A DNA stretch of 64,000 bases from Octopus vulgaris (lineage: Eukaryota). Location: NCBI GenBank assembly GCA_951406725.2, contig OX597822.1:22010001-22074000 (forward strand), written 5' to 3'. Both the position numbers and the translations under genes were made by a program. Below the pieces are notes generated by a model. The model was not told the origin of the DNA. It worked only from the letters and a program-made list of their open reading frames with translations, and ran no database searches. Positions 12,240 through 26,312 of the stretch are shown here, piece after piece (within the stretch, counting starts at the first letter, position 1; each line of letters starts with the position of its first letter).

Positions 12240-13050
12240 TTTGTGATGAGCTATGCCTGAAAATATGATGGTCAGGGATCGAATGTCTTCCTATGTTTGC
12301 TTGACTTGGGATGATCTTAGGGTAAACAACTAAAACAACACTGTGGTTTTAGATATATTATGCCTGAATAAAAGATGGTCATAGCTGGAAAGCCTTTACT
12401 CATAGATCTACTGAATAAGAGCTAACTGAGCGCTAAAGAGCAGTCACCAGAGGCTCAACATCGCTTTAACTACAATGGAGACTCCATGTCATTAGTCAAC
12501 TGGTCAGCAATATTGATTTCAGTTTCTGGCACACAAGGATAGCAATTGCGTGGAAAAGGGTAAATTGTTTACACTGACCCCAGTACTCAACTGGTACTTA
12601 TTTTATCGACCCTGAAAGTATGAAAAGCAAAGTCACCCTAGGTGGAATTTGAACTCAGAATGTGAAGTCAGACAAATTGCTGCTAAGCATTTTGCCTTCT
12701 GTGCTAATGATTCTGCCAGTTCATCACCTTAAAATCAGTTAGAAATATTAGTCTCAGATCTTACTCTACTCTCTTAAAAAATGGACACATTGTATGGTGT
12801 AATCTTCTATACATAGTGCTTGAACAAACAAGTGAGTCATTGTTGGAATACCTTTGAACTAAGGCCTGCTTAATCAGGACTGACATGAGGATAAGCACTA
12901 TTATAAGCTACTTTCTTGAAAAGGTTAAGTCGTTGCATAATGTAGTCCTTTATATACTGTGACTAAACTAAAAACAGAATAATTGCAGCTAGAATAGTTT
13001 TAATTATAGGTCTACTAGTTAAAGTCTGACCTGGGGCTAAATAACACCAC
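12240..13050 (+). repeat. Cluster of ~4 diverged SINE-like 3' ends (GATGGTCAT.GCTGGAA...GGGGCTAAA.AAC) with a family B SINE (-) at ~12515-12731
   Basis: Repeated motif near 12270, 12375, 12830, 12985; related copy at ~6420-6505. Confidence 0.55.
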
Positions 13051-13059
13051 CAGCAACCT

Positions 13060-13535
13060 CATAATTAGTAATTGCTGCCACATTTACTACCATGTTTCTG
13101 GCAATCAACATCAATATTAGCATTGACTCCAAAACCTTTGCTCCCACCACAACTCTAACCAACATACATTTCACACCACTACCATCACAGCCCAAACCCT
13201 TACCACCAGCACCACCACCAACTCAATTCCTACCATTATAGCTATAGTTTCTACCAACACCACAACTTCAATTACTACCACCCAGTTTCTAACACCTTTA
13301 CTATCTGAACTGCACAGGCACAAATCCTACCAATAGAACCACCATCACAACTACAACACACTGCAACCATCACTACGCTTTCAATCACAACTACTACCAT
13401 CAACACTAACCATTGCCAACAATAACCACCACTAACAGTACAACCACTAACAACTACCACCACCACCACCACCACCACCACTACCTGCAGCAACAACCAC
13501 TAACAACAGCCACCACCACTAGCAGCAACAAACTG
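13060..13535. repeat. (CCA/CAA/CTA)-rich low-complexity tract
   Basis: Degenerate ACC/AAC triplets, (ACC)n near 13455-13480. Confidence 0.85.
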
Positions 13536-14023
13536 AAATCTTTGATCTCACTGTTAAAGGTTGGGTAACTATGAAGCGTACTGTTTTCTTTTACAGTTGC
13601 TTCATTTTATGGTTCCAACCAGTTACCCTGGATTTTTCCCGTACAATTACATTAGATTCTTTTAGCCTGCTTTCACTCTCTGATTTGCTGTTGCTCTTCT
13701 ACCTACCCATTACACCCTAAGTCTGTCATTTCATCAACTGATTTTAATGACTATGCAGACTCCTCTAATTAACAACAAACTCCAAGTATTCTCTTTCTGT
13801 CAAACTCCCCTCTCTATCTTCACCTCACTACTCTACATGTTTCATGTCTTTCTTTCTCTCTCAAATTTTTATTTCTATTTTCAAATCTCCAAATATTTTC
13901 CTCTTCCACTGATATTTTTCCCTTCCACTGAAAATTTTTTTTACTTCTCTTTCATCTGCAAATCTCCATTTCCTTTTCTTATTCTCACTCTTCTCTACAC
14001 ATCTTCTATATTTCTCTTTTAAT

Positions 14024-14078
<55 letters not shown>

Positions 14079-14948
14079 TGTGTATGTGTGTGTGCATTTC
14101 AATTTTCATATATATATATATATATATATATATCGAGATAGAGAGAGAGAGAGAGAGAGTGTGACAGAGAGATAGATAGATAGATAGAAGCAGAGGCGTT
14201 GGCATGTCATTAAGAAATTTGCTTGCAAACCACCTGTTTAGCAGTTCAATCCTATCGCCTGGATGCTGTCAATTGGTATCTTTTATTACTGTCACAAATG
14301 TTAGTGAAATTGGCACACAGGAACTGGAAGAAACTCATCCTCTGTGTGTGTGTGTGTGTTTGTAACTGAATGTGCATTCATCCTCATTTCGATATAAGCT
14401 CATTATTTGTAAACAAAAGCTTCACATTTCATTCAAACAATCATTTGTTTACTGCTGTCTGTGGACACATATTAACACAATGCATAGTTTGATAGGCAGT
14501 GGGATTAAGCATCCTCACTGAAATCTTATCAACCCATAGAAGCTTAGGAAGGCAGACATGAAACTGATTATGGTGATGTAGATAGATAACATATTGCTAC
14601 AGGCATTTATATGTCTGTGTGTGTAGGAAAGAATATAACCAAGTTGTTAGGGAAATAAACTCACAAACATAAGCTTATAGATTTGATACTTGAACTGGGC
14701 AGCATATATTTCTGAGCAAGACTCTTCATTTCACATTGTCTGTCTTCACAGCTGAAATAGGTATCAACCAAGATCTTGTGAAGCCACCTCTCCCCCAGCA
14801 TCCACATTTTGAATGTTCCTCTGGCTCACTGCTTGAGTACATCTGGTCACATAGACACCTAAAACAACTAGTAAAAGAATAGTATGTACTGTTAAGTCAT
14901 ATTCACTCTTCCAAGTAGAAGCTAAGACTTTGTATACACACACACACA

Positions 14949-15007
<59 letters not shown>

Positions 15008-17449
15008 ACTCACTCACTCAGACACACACACACACATATAGTATAACCGCTTTTGTTTACTTTTCTCAGAGGAAAGAAATTGTATGTTTACTAAAATTCA
15101 GACTGTGCACCAAAAACCAACCCAAAAATGCTGCATCGTTCAATATTAATTAATATGTAATTATGTAACATATTTTAAACATTGTTCTTTTCCTTATCCA
15201 GCCCTATCTCTTATTTCCATATTTCTCCTTTTTATTTCCCTTCTTCATCTTTACTTAATCTACTTCTCCATCAAGATTTTTTCCATATGTATATATATAT
15301 TGCTTTCCATCTCTCTGTTCTCCTTCATGTTCACCCTTTCATCCACTAAGATCTTGGACTTCACTTTTCATTAGATAGATTCCTTCATTAACTATCTATT
15401 TGCTTTGCCTTTTGTAATTGGAAGTGAGAACTAGAATTCAACAGATGCTTTCTCTTCCTTCAATGTAGCAGGTCACACTTGAATTTGGCATTGAAGTCAA
15501 TGGGAAATATTCTAATGATTTACACACTTGCAGACAATATTACAAAAATATTAGAAGATATTAACAAATTTTCTAACACAGACACTTACAGACTGTTTTT
15601 TGTCAATACTTGCAATTGAAAGAACTTCTATTCAAATGACCTGACATTTTCCATTCAATCCTGCTGTCTGCCTGGAAACCTTTTCACTGATTTCTGCCAG
15701 TCACGTTTTTGTGTGAAAATTAAATGAAAATATATAATGTTTATATCAGCCAGATTATGGTTAAATAAATAAACCAGCTTTAATTCCTGTTGGAATAATT
15801 TAATTTTCTTCAGCTTGTTCATATCTTTGGAAAGAGTATTATATAGCAGACCCTCCCCAATTTGAAAAGTTGATGTGTTTGATATTCAGTTTGAATTTTG
15901 CTTAATGTTGGATGAGGGGAAGAAAGTTGGAAAAAAATCAAGATTCATGGATTAATGGTAATTCTTATGTCATTAATCCCCATGAGTTACTTAATTAGAG
16001 CTCAGCATTTTTGTATAGTCCTCCTGGAATTTTATTCTTACTGGAAAGTGGGATTTAGCTCCCAAGCAAACATTGACAATCAGTGATATTTCCCAAGGGA
16101 AAGTTGTTGCAAGAAGCAGCCTGTCATCAAGTCAATGTCTGACTTTGATTGTTTACAACAGAACGTGGGGACAGGTATGGCAGTATCTTCAACACACAAT
16201 AATCACAAATAATAGATGAGTGCTCAATGCATATTGTAGAGCATGTGGTCTACTGAAACTGCAAGTCTATTATGATTCAAGCTCTTCGTACCGAAACAAT
16301 CTTCAAGCATGAATTAAATATCAGAGTGGTGTAAAATTCAAGCCAAGTGATAAAACATTTGGTTCTCATTAAATTCTCTCTCTTTCTCTCTCTCTCCCTC
16401 TCTCTCTCTCTCACACACACACAAACACACATCTGGCAAAAGGCCACCTCTCTCAGGGTTCATAGTCTTTGTAGGCTATGTACTGGTCTCATAGATGCTG
16501 TGCCACAAAATAGCATTCACTGCAAAGTGGTTGGCATTAGGAAGAGCATCCAGCTGTAGAAACCATTCCAAAGTAAACAACGGTGCACAATGCTGTCCTT
16601 GGACCCATTGTATCTTATCAAACCATCCAATTTATGTCAGCATGGAATATGAACATAAGATGATTTTATATATACACATATATATATATATATATATATA
16701 TAGTCATAAAATACAGTGTACATTTAAACACATAAGGAATTCACTCATGGGATTCAACAAGCTAGAAAGAGCAGCTAGGTTCTAGAACCACAAAATTAGG
16801 GATAAAATTTGACAGGAACAAAAAATAAAAAATAAAACATTTTACCATCTAATTTCTTTGACCAATTGGTTTCTGATTTTAGTTTAGCAAGTAAATAACT
16901 TTTACTCGCGAGGTGAAATCATTTTCAACAGGTACACCTTAAATTAAATATATAAACACGAGGCGATCAACTATGTGCCCCTTGTTTATACATCCTAATT
17001 TTTTCAAAATCTACTGTGCAGATGCAGTCCTTTGTCAGCAATAAAAATATGCCAACTTTTAAAAACCGAAAATTATCCATATATATATATATACATAATG
17101 TATGTATGAACTACTAATTATGTCAATGATGAAACTTCCTTATTAAAAACTTACATGTATGTTTACGTATATTTGTGTGTGTATAGCTATCACTGGCATG
17201 TATTGGTGGGAAATGCAAACAGCATTGAGAAAGCCAATAAAATGATGCTTTCAGACTAAAAATACCTTGTAGCATCTGTTTCAATTGGAATAGCACAAAT
17301 GCTTCCTTGTCACTCTCTCTATCAAAAAGACACTGAACTAATGATTGGCCCATTGGGAGTCTGTATCCAATGATATTATTGTTTACAGAATGTAATATAT
17401 ATAAAGAAAAAAACTCAAATATAGCCATGGATGAGAAAATACCATTAAT

Positions 17450-19145
17450 CATGGCAATCTGAATAGGTGATTGTCAAAACATATCTCAGTCACGATAATT
17501 CAGGAAAAGTGATGTTAACCATTATAAAAACATAGATGAATAAATGGGATAGAGAATAAATCAGTACCAGCAGAATAGACTCTTCAAGAACAATGGAAGA
17601 CACTTCTATAAACAACTGAAAAATAAAGAGAATCATCAAGGAAATGATATGCCAGTTCCTGAAGCAGCAAGGAAATTCTGGGCAAAAATCTGGAGCAAAG
17701 AAGCCCAGCATAATATAAAAGCAGGCTGGTTACAGGAATTTAAAAGAGAAATGGAAGTTGGGGTGACACAAGAAAATATAACAATCATGAATAAAAAAGG
17801 GTAAGAAATGATTAAGAAAATACCAAACTGGAAAGCTCCTGGACCAGATGGTGTCCAGGGTTTCTGGATCAAGAATCTCTGAAGTTAACACAGTTATATA
17901 CGACCATTTTTTACTGACTGCATAAAATTGGAATTCCAACAGAGATGACAAAGCAAAGGACAGTGCTGAGACAAGAAAGGACAAAGAAAAGAGGGGCAGG
18001 TCAGTAATTATAGGCTTGTTACTTGCTTATCACTACTCTGGAAACTATTAACTGGTGTTGTAGCAGATGAAGTAAATAAATTTCTGGAAAAGGAGTATCT
18101 ATGATCAGAGGAACAAGAAGGATGTATGAAGAGATCAAGGGGGAACTGCTGATCTTTTATATGTAGATTGTAGAATATTAAAAGAGGCATGAGTAAGGAA
18201 GGAGAATTTAGCTGTTGGATGGGTAGATTACAGGAAGGCTTACGACTATGTCCCACACAGCTAGCTCTTAGAGTGACTGAGAATACTAGGAGTCAATGAG
18301 AAAAATAACCAACTTTTTGGAGAAAGCAATGAGAGTGTGGAAAGTAGAATTGATATGTGCAAATGAATTGAAAGGCAATGTGAAAATACACAGGGACATT
18401 TTTGAAGGAGACCATTACTCTTCATTTTCACACTAACCCTCTGACAAATATTGTAAGAAAATCCAGGCCTACCTATGAATTTACCAAATACAATATGAGA
18501 ATAAATCATCTATTTTATTAGGATGACCTCTACCCATATACAAAAAATGAGACAAAGACCCTTTGATCCAAACAGTCCGAGTATTATACAATATTATACA
18601 ATACAAGATAATATTATTAGATCAATGGGGAATAATGAGGGGTAGAAATATTTAGGAGTGCTGCAAGACAATAGGGTAATAAAAGGAAAAAGGAGAAATG
18701 AGAGTACAAGAGAATTGGGAAGGTGCTCAAAATAAATTTAAATGGTGGGAGCATCATGAAAGCAATAAATACACAGACTGTGCCCATATTCAGATGCTCT
18801 ATTCCCTTTCTGAAATGGACAGTGGTTGGGCTACAGAACTTGGATAGAAGAACCAGAAAGCTGCTCACAATGCACTATGTACTCCACCCTAAAAGCAATA
18901 TGGATTGACTCTACCTACCAGGAAAAGAAGGTGGCAGAGGATTACTAGATGCAGAAGACACTGTTAAAACTACAATACTGGGTCTGAAAAATTATGTTGT
19001 GCAGAGTAAAAGAAGATATTACCAGCAGCAAGAGCAATACAAAGAGTGACCAAAACAGTAGGAAAATTCAAGGAGAAAAAGAACAACAGAGCAAACAGAT
19101 AGAAAGAAATGGAATTACAAGGCCAATTTATGCAACAAACTGAAA
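17450..19145 (+). mobile_element. Decayed RT region of R4/Dong-like (RLE) non-LTR retrotransposon
   Basis: IPNWKAPGPDGVQGFWIK, NYRLVTCLSLLWKLLTG, WVDYRKAYDYVPHS, NHLFY*DDL, KAINT, LDRRTRKLLT, LYLPGKEGGRGL. Confidence 0.9.
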
Positions 19146-19365
19146 ATATATATGTACATATGTGTATGTATGTATATATATATATGCACACACAAACATA
19201 CTGAGACATTACAATCGTATCTGATTCTTCAAGTGCTTCGGTTCTGTGTATGTACATATATTTACTAGATTGCTGATATTTATTAAGGGTTTTCCTCGTT
19301 GTGTTGATGTGCCATTTTCCATCATTAATAAAACTTTTGGCATTTTTGCCAACATGGGTATGCTA

Positions 19366-19487
19366 ATAATATTAATAATAATAATGATGATAATAATAAT
19401 AATAATAATGATATGATAATAATGATAATAATAATAATAATAATGATAATAATAATAATGATAATAATAATAATGATAATAATGATG

Positions 19488-19524
<37 letters not shown>

Positions 19525-19553
19525 AGATGATAATAATAATAATAATAATAATG

Positions 19554-19587
<34 letters not shown>

Positions 19588-19658
19588 TAATAATGATAAT
19601 AATAATAATAATAATGATAATAATAATAATGATAATAATAATAATGATAATAATGATG

Positions 19659-19689
<31 letters not shown>

Positions 19690-19694
19690 AGATG

Positions 19695-19761
<67 letters not shown>

Positions 19762-19796
19762 AGATGATAATAATAATAATAATAATAATAATGATG

Positions 19797-19851
<55 letters not shown>

Positions 19852-19853
19852 AG

Positions 19854-19929
<76 letters not shown>

Positions 19930-19955
19930 AGATAATAACAATAAGAATAATAATA

Positions 19956-20022
<67 letters not shown>

Positions 20023-20026
20023 TATA
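19366..20026. repeat. ~660-bp (AAT)n array with GAT/GAAGAT variant units
   Basis: Direct reading. Confidence 0.97.
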
Positions 20027-20352
20027 AGGAAGAAAGATAAGTCGAGAGATATGACAGGTTAACTTGGGAAGTTAAGCAGTTGTGGTTGATGAAAAAGGTA
20101 GCAGTAGTGCCAATAATTGTTGAAGCCCTGGGAACAGTGAGCAAAAATCTCTAGAAGTACAGGGAATAAATAGGGGCTGGAATAAGGGTGGAGCACTTGC
20201 AGAAAACAGCACTGCTTGGAACCGCTCAAATACTCCGGAAGGTGCTCGAAAAATAAGAGGTGTTACCTTAGTTCACTGGTAGTGAACAGTTGACACTGTA
20301 GTACATCTCCAGAGTTAGAAGCTGTGCAAAGGCAATTATTATAATAATAATA
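20025..20352 (+). mobile_element. 5'-truncated R4/Dong-like LINE, RLE C-terminus + 3' UTR + (AAT)n
   Basis: YDRLTWEVKQLWLMKKVAVVPIIVEALGTV...HLQKTALLGTAQILRKVLEK*. Confidence 0.85.
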
Positions 20353-20384
20353 ACTCTTCCTCATCATTATTATTTAGGCTTTAG

Positions 20385-20670
20385 AACCTAATGAACAGGG
20401 GAAAATGTGCTGTTTAATTGATGTTGCTTTCCTGTTTGATACTAGAATGGTAGACAAAGAATGCAAGAAATTTGAAATATAGTAGCCTTAGATGCTAAAT
20501 TCCCAGAATTTAGAATTGTTGTAAATTGTTATTATTCCAATTGTAACAAGTGGCATGAAACTTAAAATGGTTTTGTTGAAGATGTTGAATATTTAACAGG
20601 ATTTTCTGACCTTGCTCACTTGATACAATGGGCACCATTAATAGATGTCAGATACCCAAAGTTGGAAAAA
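20385..20670 (+). mobile_element. Older RLE endonuclease fragment
   Basis: KMCCLIDVAFLFDTRMVDKECKK resembles the IDVA.P.D..V..KE.EK motif of RLE domains. Confidence 0.55.
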
Positions 20671-21233
20671 TCATAATCATCATCATCATCATCATTTTTA
20701 ATATCCACTTTTCCATGCTTGCATGGGTCAAATGGAATCTATTGAGGTAGAGATTCTACAGCCAGATGCCCATGTTCTTTCTAAACTGCACTTGTTTCCA
20801 GACAAAGTAATATTTTGCCATGGTCAAATATGTTTCACACAAAATTGGAAATGCTTGTATGCTTGTATGCTGCTTGTATACTGCTTGTATGCCAAGGACA
20901 CTCATTTATAGCTATCATGCAACACAAGGCAACACAAACACTAAACACACACACTTTTATCACTTAAGAAATGACATATTTTTTTAAAATATTTTATTCC
21001 ATACGTTTTTCATGTATTTTTTGTGCTCCAGGTAAATATATTTATATCAAGCCCAAGCAAGAAAGCAAGCTAACTCTGTTTGTCTCCATAACTACTTCAA
21101 TATCAGATTGACCTGGATTTCTCGTATAGTTAATCTTGTGAGTGCAGACCCTGCTGAAATATTCGAAGTTTAAATTTACATTTATTTGAGCACTATAATG
21201 TGTTTTCTATACTGAACACATCCAGGTCTCATC

Positions 21234-21715
<482 letters not shown>

Positions 21716-21959
21716 GATATATACTTCTTTCAGGTTCCATCAACCATATTCATTCACAAGCCTTTGGTTGGCTCAGTGCTATTGTATAAGATACTTGCCC
21801 AAGGTTCTACACAGTGGGACTGAATCTGAAACCATGAATTTGAAAGCAAATTTTTTAACCACACAGCCAAACCTATGCCTATATGTATTGATACCTAGCA
21901 ATCCAATTCCAGCAGAACAACAATGAAATGCTGAGTGAAATAATGTTAATAATAATAAT

Positions 21960-22641
21960 TTCTTTCATAGGGACAAGGTCTCACCATGTCTCATATTTGG
22001 ACGAGGGGTATAGTTGATTATTTTGGTCCCAATACTAGTGTTCTTGGCACTCCATTTTATCTATCCTAGAAGGATGAAGAGCTTAGTTTACCTTGGTGGG
22101 ATTTGAACTCAGATCTTAAAGAGCTGGAACAAATAGCACAAATCACTATGGTTGATGCACTAATAAATCTGCAACTCCACCAATAATATGATGATGATTT
22201 TAAAATTAAGAACAAGTCAACACATTTTATGAATAAGAATTAAGTTAATTTTATTGACTCCAGTGTTTGACTCGAATTTATTAACCACCAAAACCAGGAA
22301 ATGCAAGGATAAACCTGGTGAAACTTGAACTCAGAAGGTTATGTAGTATAATGAGAAATTACAAAGCATTTTGTCTAGCATTCTACTGATTATAGCTCAT
22401 TCTCACATAATAATAATAATGATAATCTTTTCTACTAAAGGCACAAGACCTGAAATTTTCTGGCAGGAGAAATGTCGACTACATCAACCCCAGTGTTTCA
22501 CTGGTACTTAATTTATCAACCCCAAAAGAATGACAAGCAAAGTCAACCTCGGCATAATTTGAACTCAGAATGTGAAGACAGATGAAATACTGTTATGCAT
22601 TTTGCCCAGCATGCTAATGATTCTGTCAGTTCACAGCCTTT
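21960..22641 (-). mobile_element. Three head-to-tail family B SINEs separated by AAT runs
   Basis: Repeated ...TTTGAACTCAGA... near 22103, 22325, 22558. Confidence 0.75.
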
Positions 22642-22662
22642 ATAATAATAATGATAATAATA

Positions 22663-22830
22663 ACACCAGGACTTACAAATATATATAACATACAGAAAAA
22701 TGCACTACTTGGCACTGCACAAAACACTTTCAATACAAACCAAACGACAGCACATACCCAAGGTGCACAGAACTGTGCTCAGTAGTGAAGTGAAAGCACG
22801 TTATAAAAATAAAACTACTGAATGATAATA
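22663..22830 (+). mobile_element. Extreme 3' end of R4/Dong-like LINE, same family as 24583-24920
   Basis: GGACTTACAAATATATATAACATACAGAAAA...AAAAATAAAACTACTGAATGATAAT, flanked by AAT runs. Confidence 0.85.
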
Positions 22831-22848
22831 ATAATAATAATAACAACA

Positions 22849-22923
<75 letters not shown>

Positions 22924-23645
22924 GTAATATTAATATCATTGACAACAATACTGTTAGGTTGGAAAACATTATGGAGACATCAATGCTAATGGACTAATGT
23001 TTATAACATTTATCAAAGGCTGATCACTTATGTCAGACATATCTCCCCATCCACCTATCACCTCAGCTCTACGTTTTTGTCCCAACATCAATGGAAATTC
23101 AAAATAAACGGAAGAAATAGCAAAACAGTCCTTTATGTTCACATTATTGCTTTCCAATGAACAACAGAAATTTTCATTGGAAATAGTCCTCTTCAGAGAG
23201 GAGTAGGTATTACTAATTGTATCAACCTCAGTATACAACTGATGCTTGATTTTATCAGTATGTGAAGAGGTGTGGTCTAGAGAAAGGGATTAGAATTGTA
23301 GACAAAAAAACTTTGGGCTTATGATCATAGGTTTGTGGATTTGATTCCCAGACAGGATGGCATTTTGTTTTCTTGGACAAGGCAATATGAATACCAACAA
23401 AGTTCTGCTTCAACCCTCTGCCTTTCCAGTTATCACAATCATGATATTCTGTTGGGTGATGAGTGGGAGGACCAAGCATGTGTCTTTGCTTGCTAATAAC
23501 TACATCAGCCCTAAAGCAAGTAATGAAAGCATGGTACTTGTTAAACAAACCACACTTGCTCTTGAGTGATGGCTGGTTATACTTTTAATCAAAAATGGAA
23601 GAATGAAAAACAAAATTAATCCTTGTATCATTTGAATTCTGAACA

Positions 23646-24017
23646 CAGGTGTGACTGTCTAGTAAAAATTTTGCTTTCAAACCACATAGTTCTGGGTTCA
23701 GTCCCACTGCATGACACTTTGGGCAAAGCAAGTGTCTTCTGCTATAGCCTTGAGCTACCAAAACCTTGTGAGTGGATTTGGAAGACAGAAACTGAAAGAA
23801 GCCCATCACGTGTATATATGTGCATTTGTGTGTGTGCATTAGTCCCCCACTTCTACTTGACAACTGGTGTTGGTGTGTTTATGTCCCTTGTAACTTAGCA
23901 GTTCAACAAAAGAGACCAATTGTATAAGTACTGGAGTTGATTCATTCAACTAAAAATTCTTGAAGGTGGTGCCCCAGCATGGCAGCAGGCAAATGACCGT
24001 AACAATAAAAGATAACG
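23646..24017 (+). mobile_element. CORE-like tRNA-derived SINE (family A), diverged
   Basis: CTGGGTTCAGTCCCACTGC...GGGCAAAGCAAGTGTCTTC...GTGAGTGGATTTGG...GCCCCAGCATGG. Confidence 0.8.
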
Positions 24018-24084
24018 AAATGTTGCATAACTTTTTGTCTTCCACAAGCCTGATTCTGCCACTCCACGACCCTTATTCATTTCT

Positions 24085-24495
24085 GTCATTGGTATAAGGT
24101 CACAGATTTTAGGAGAGAGTATAGTTCATTAAATCAACTGCAGTACTTGACTGGAACTTTAATTTAATCTGCCCCAGTTGGATGAATGTCCTAGCTGATC
24201 CCAGCAGATTTTGAGCTCAGAACATAAAAACATGGAAAAAAAAAATACTGCAAGACATTTTTGCTCTTCAAACAATTCTGCCAATCCACCATAATGATTT
24301 CTTATACAGACAGAAAGCCAGAAATTTTAGGTGTTGGGTTGGTCAATTAAATTGCAGCTCACATTTGGCTGGTAGATTACTGACCTCATGAGACTGAAAG
24401 GCAAAGTTAAGCTCAGTGAGATTTGGACTCAGAACATAAAGTGGCAGAGAAAATACTGTAAGGAATTTTATCCAATGCTCTAATAATTCTTCTAT
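24085..24495 (-). mobile_element. Two tandem family B SINEs
   Basis: TTTGAGCTCAGAACATAA and TTTGGACTCAGAACATAA cores. Confidence 0.65.
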
Positions 24496-24521
24496 TATGA
24501 TCCTTGATGATGATGATGATG

Positions 24522-24552
<31 letters not shown>

Positions 24553-24582
24553 TAATAATAACAACAACAACAACAACAATAA

Positions 24583-24920
24583 TATATTTTCAAAATACAA
24601 AGACTTGGAAATAGAGGTAACTAGAATGTGGAATCTAAAAACAGAAACAATTCCTATCATAGTAGGTGCATTAGGCATGATAAAAAAATATTCAGACAAA
24701 TACATAACAAAAACATCAGGACTTACAAACACATATAACATACAGAAAATTGCACTACTAGGCACTGCACACATCCTACGCAGAACACTTTCAATACAGT
24801 AACCATCAGAGCATCACAACAAATCACAGCACATACCCAAGGCACACAGAGCTGCGCTCGGTAGTGAAGTGAAAGCACGTTGTAAAAATAAAACTACTGA
24901 ATGATAATAATAATGATAAT
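24583..24920 (+). mobile_element. 5'-truncated R4/Dong-like LINE (RLE C-terminus) in AAT/AAC microsatellite
   Basis: Open frame KYKDLEIEVTRMWNLKTETIPIIVGALG...IQKIALLGTAHILRRTLSIQ*, 3' UTR then AAT repeats. Confidence 0.9.
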
Positions 24921-25914
24921 AATACTTCTGTATGATATTACTTATTGTAAATATGATTACGTTTGTCTTCTTGACTCCTTTAGTATATAAGAAAGCTATA
25001 AAACTATATCCTGTAGATTTTTCTTCCCTTTCTTCCGCATTCAGGGAAACGTACTATTAATTTTACTACTTCTTTTTGAGTATTATTTCATTTTATGAAG
25101 ACATTCGAATAATAACAATTTGATGGATAAGTTATGTCATTGCTAAGTGATTTCATGTCTTGAACCTCAGAAATATTCATGCACTGAAAAACGCACATAC
25201 ACATGCATATGCAGAGAAACACGTGCAAGCAAGCACACAGACAATGCACATACACACATGCACAGGTGCACACATTTACACACATAATCAAGCACAGATA
25301 CACAAACTCACTCACAAATACATATACTCACATACATAGGACTGACCTCTACATACACAATCTCATATAAACGCATACAGACATCACACACATACACACA
25401 AATGCAGTGACATTCAATTACTCTTTTTTTTCCCCTTTTTAGACATTTTCTTTACATTTCTTCATATTATTATATTTAGATCTCTTCTCCCTCTTAGTTG
25501 TAGATTAACATCTATTGTTGACAGCTTGGTAATAAAGAATCAGGCAACTTAACCACTAGAAGAGCCAACAAGAGGGTAGGGTAGCCAGCATGAGAAAGCT
25601 GATGTAGAAGAAATGATCAATTAATAACTAAAAAAAAATCAGTTTCTCCATCAGAAAGTTATTTAAAACATAATGATTGCAGACGTAGTTGAGTGGTTAA
25701 GAAGTTTGCTTTTCATTCATGAGGAAGTTTGTTGGATTCTAATACATGGTATTCAGGGTAAGAGCTTAACATAGCCTTGGGTTATCCTTGTGAAATTTGG
25801 TAAACAGAAAATATGTGGATGTAATTTAAAGTTCTAACCTGGTCACGTATTGTATCATGCAATTCTGACTGAGAAGTGTATTGAGAGTACTCATGCTTGT
25901 GAAATACACAGCCA

Positions 25915-26312
25915 CTTAGATTTTAATGTAAACCCAGCTTTGCTTGGGTTTGTTTCGACCCTTTAGAATTGGAATTTTTTAAAAGTAAAAATTTTGCATT
26001 ATGTAGCTTGTTATTCTCTTTAAGTGAACATTTTTCTGGTTGAAATACACCGAAAAATGGCGACATAGCAGTAAAAAAAATCATAAAAAATAGGGATTTT
26101 CATAGAAAAAAAGCACCTTTTTGATGTAAATAATTTTTGGTGTTAACATGGTCCAATTTGAATTTTTTCTTCAACAGAAGGAAGAGAAGCCTTCTTCTAT
26201 CATACTCTCAAATTTGGTCAACTTGCGCCGCAGGGTCTCGGAGGAGATAGTGTTAGTTGAAGGCTACCAAACCTGCCATACACAGACAACTTCAGCTTTA
26301 TATATATAGAGA
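25915..26312 (-). mobile_element. Non-autonomous Helitron
   Basis: Minus strand A|TCTCTATATATATAAAGC 5' end; subterminal hairpin CCCAAGCAAAGCTGGG (25933-25948); 3' CTRR end degenerate. Confidence 0.65.

Noticed and set aside
19209-20144. 311-aa poly-Tyr/His, poly-Leu and poly-Ile ORFs
   Set aside because: Frames of the (AAT)n array
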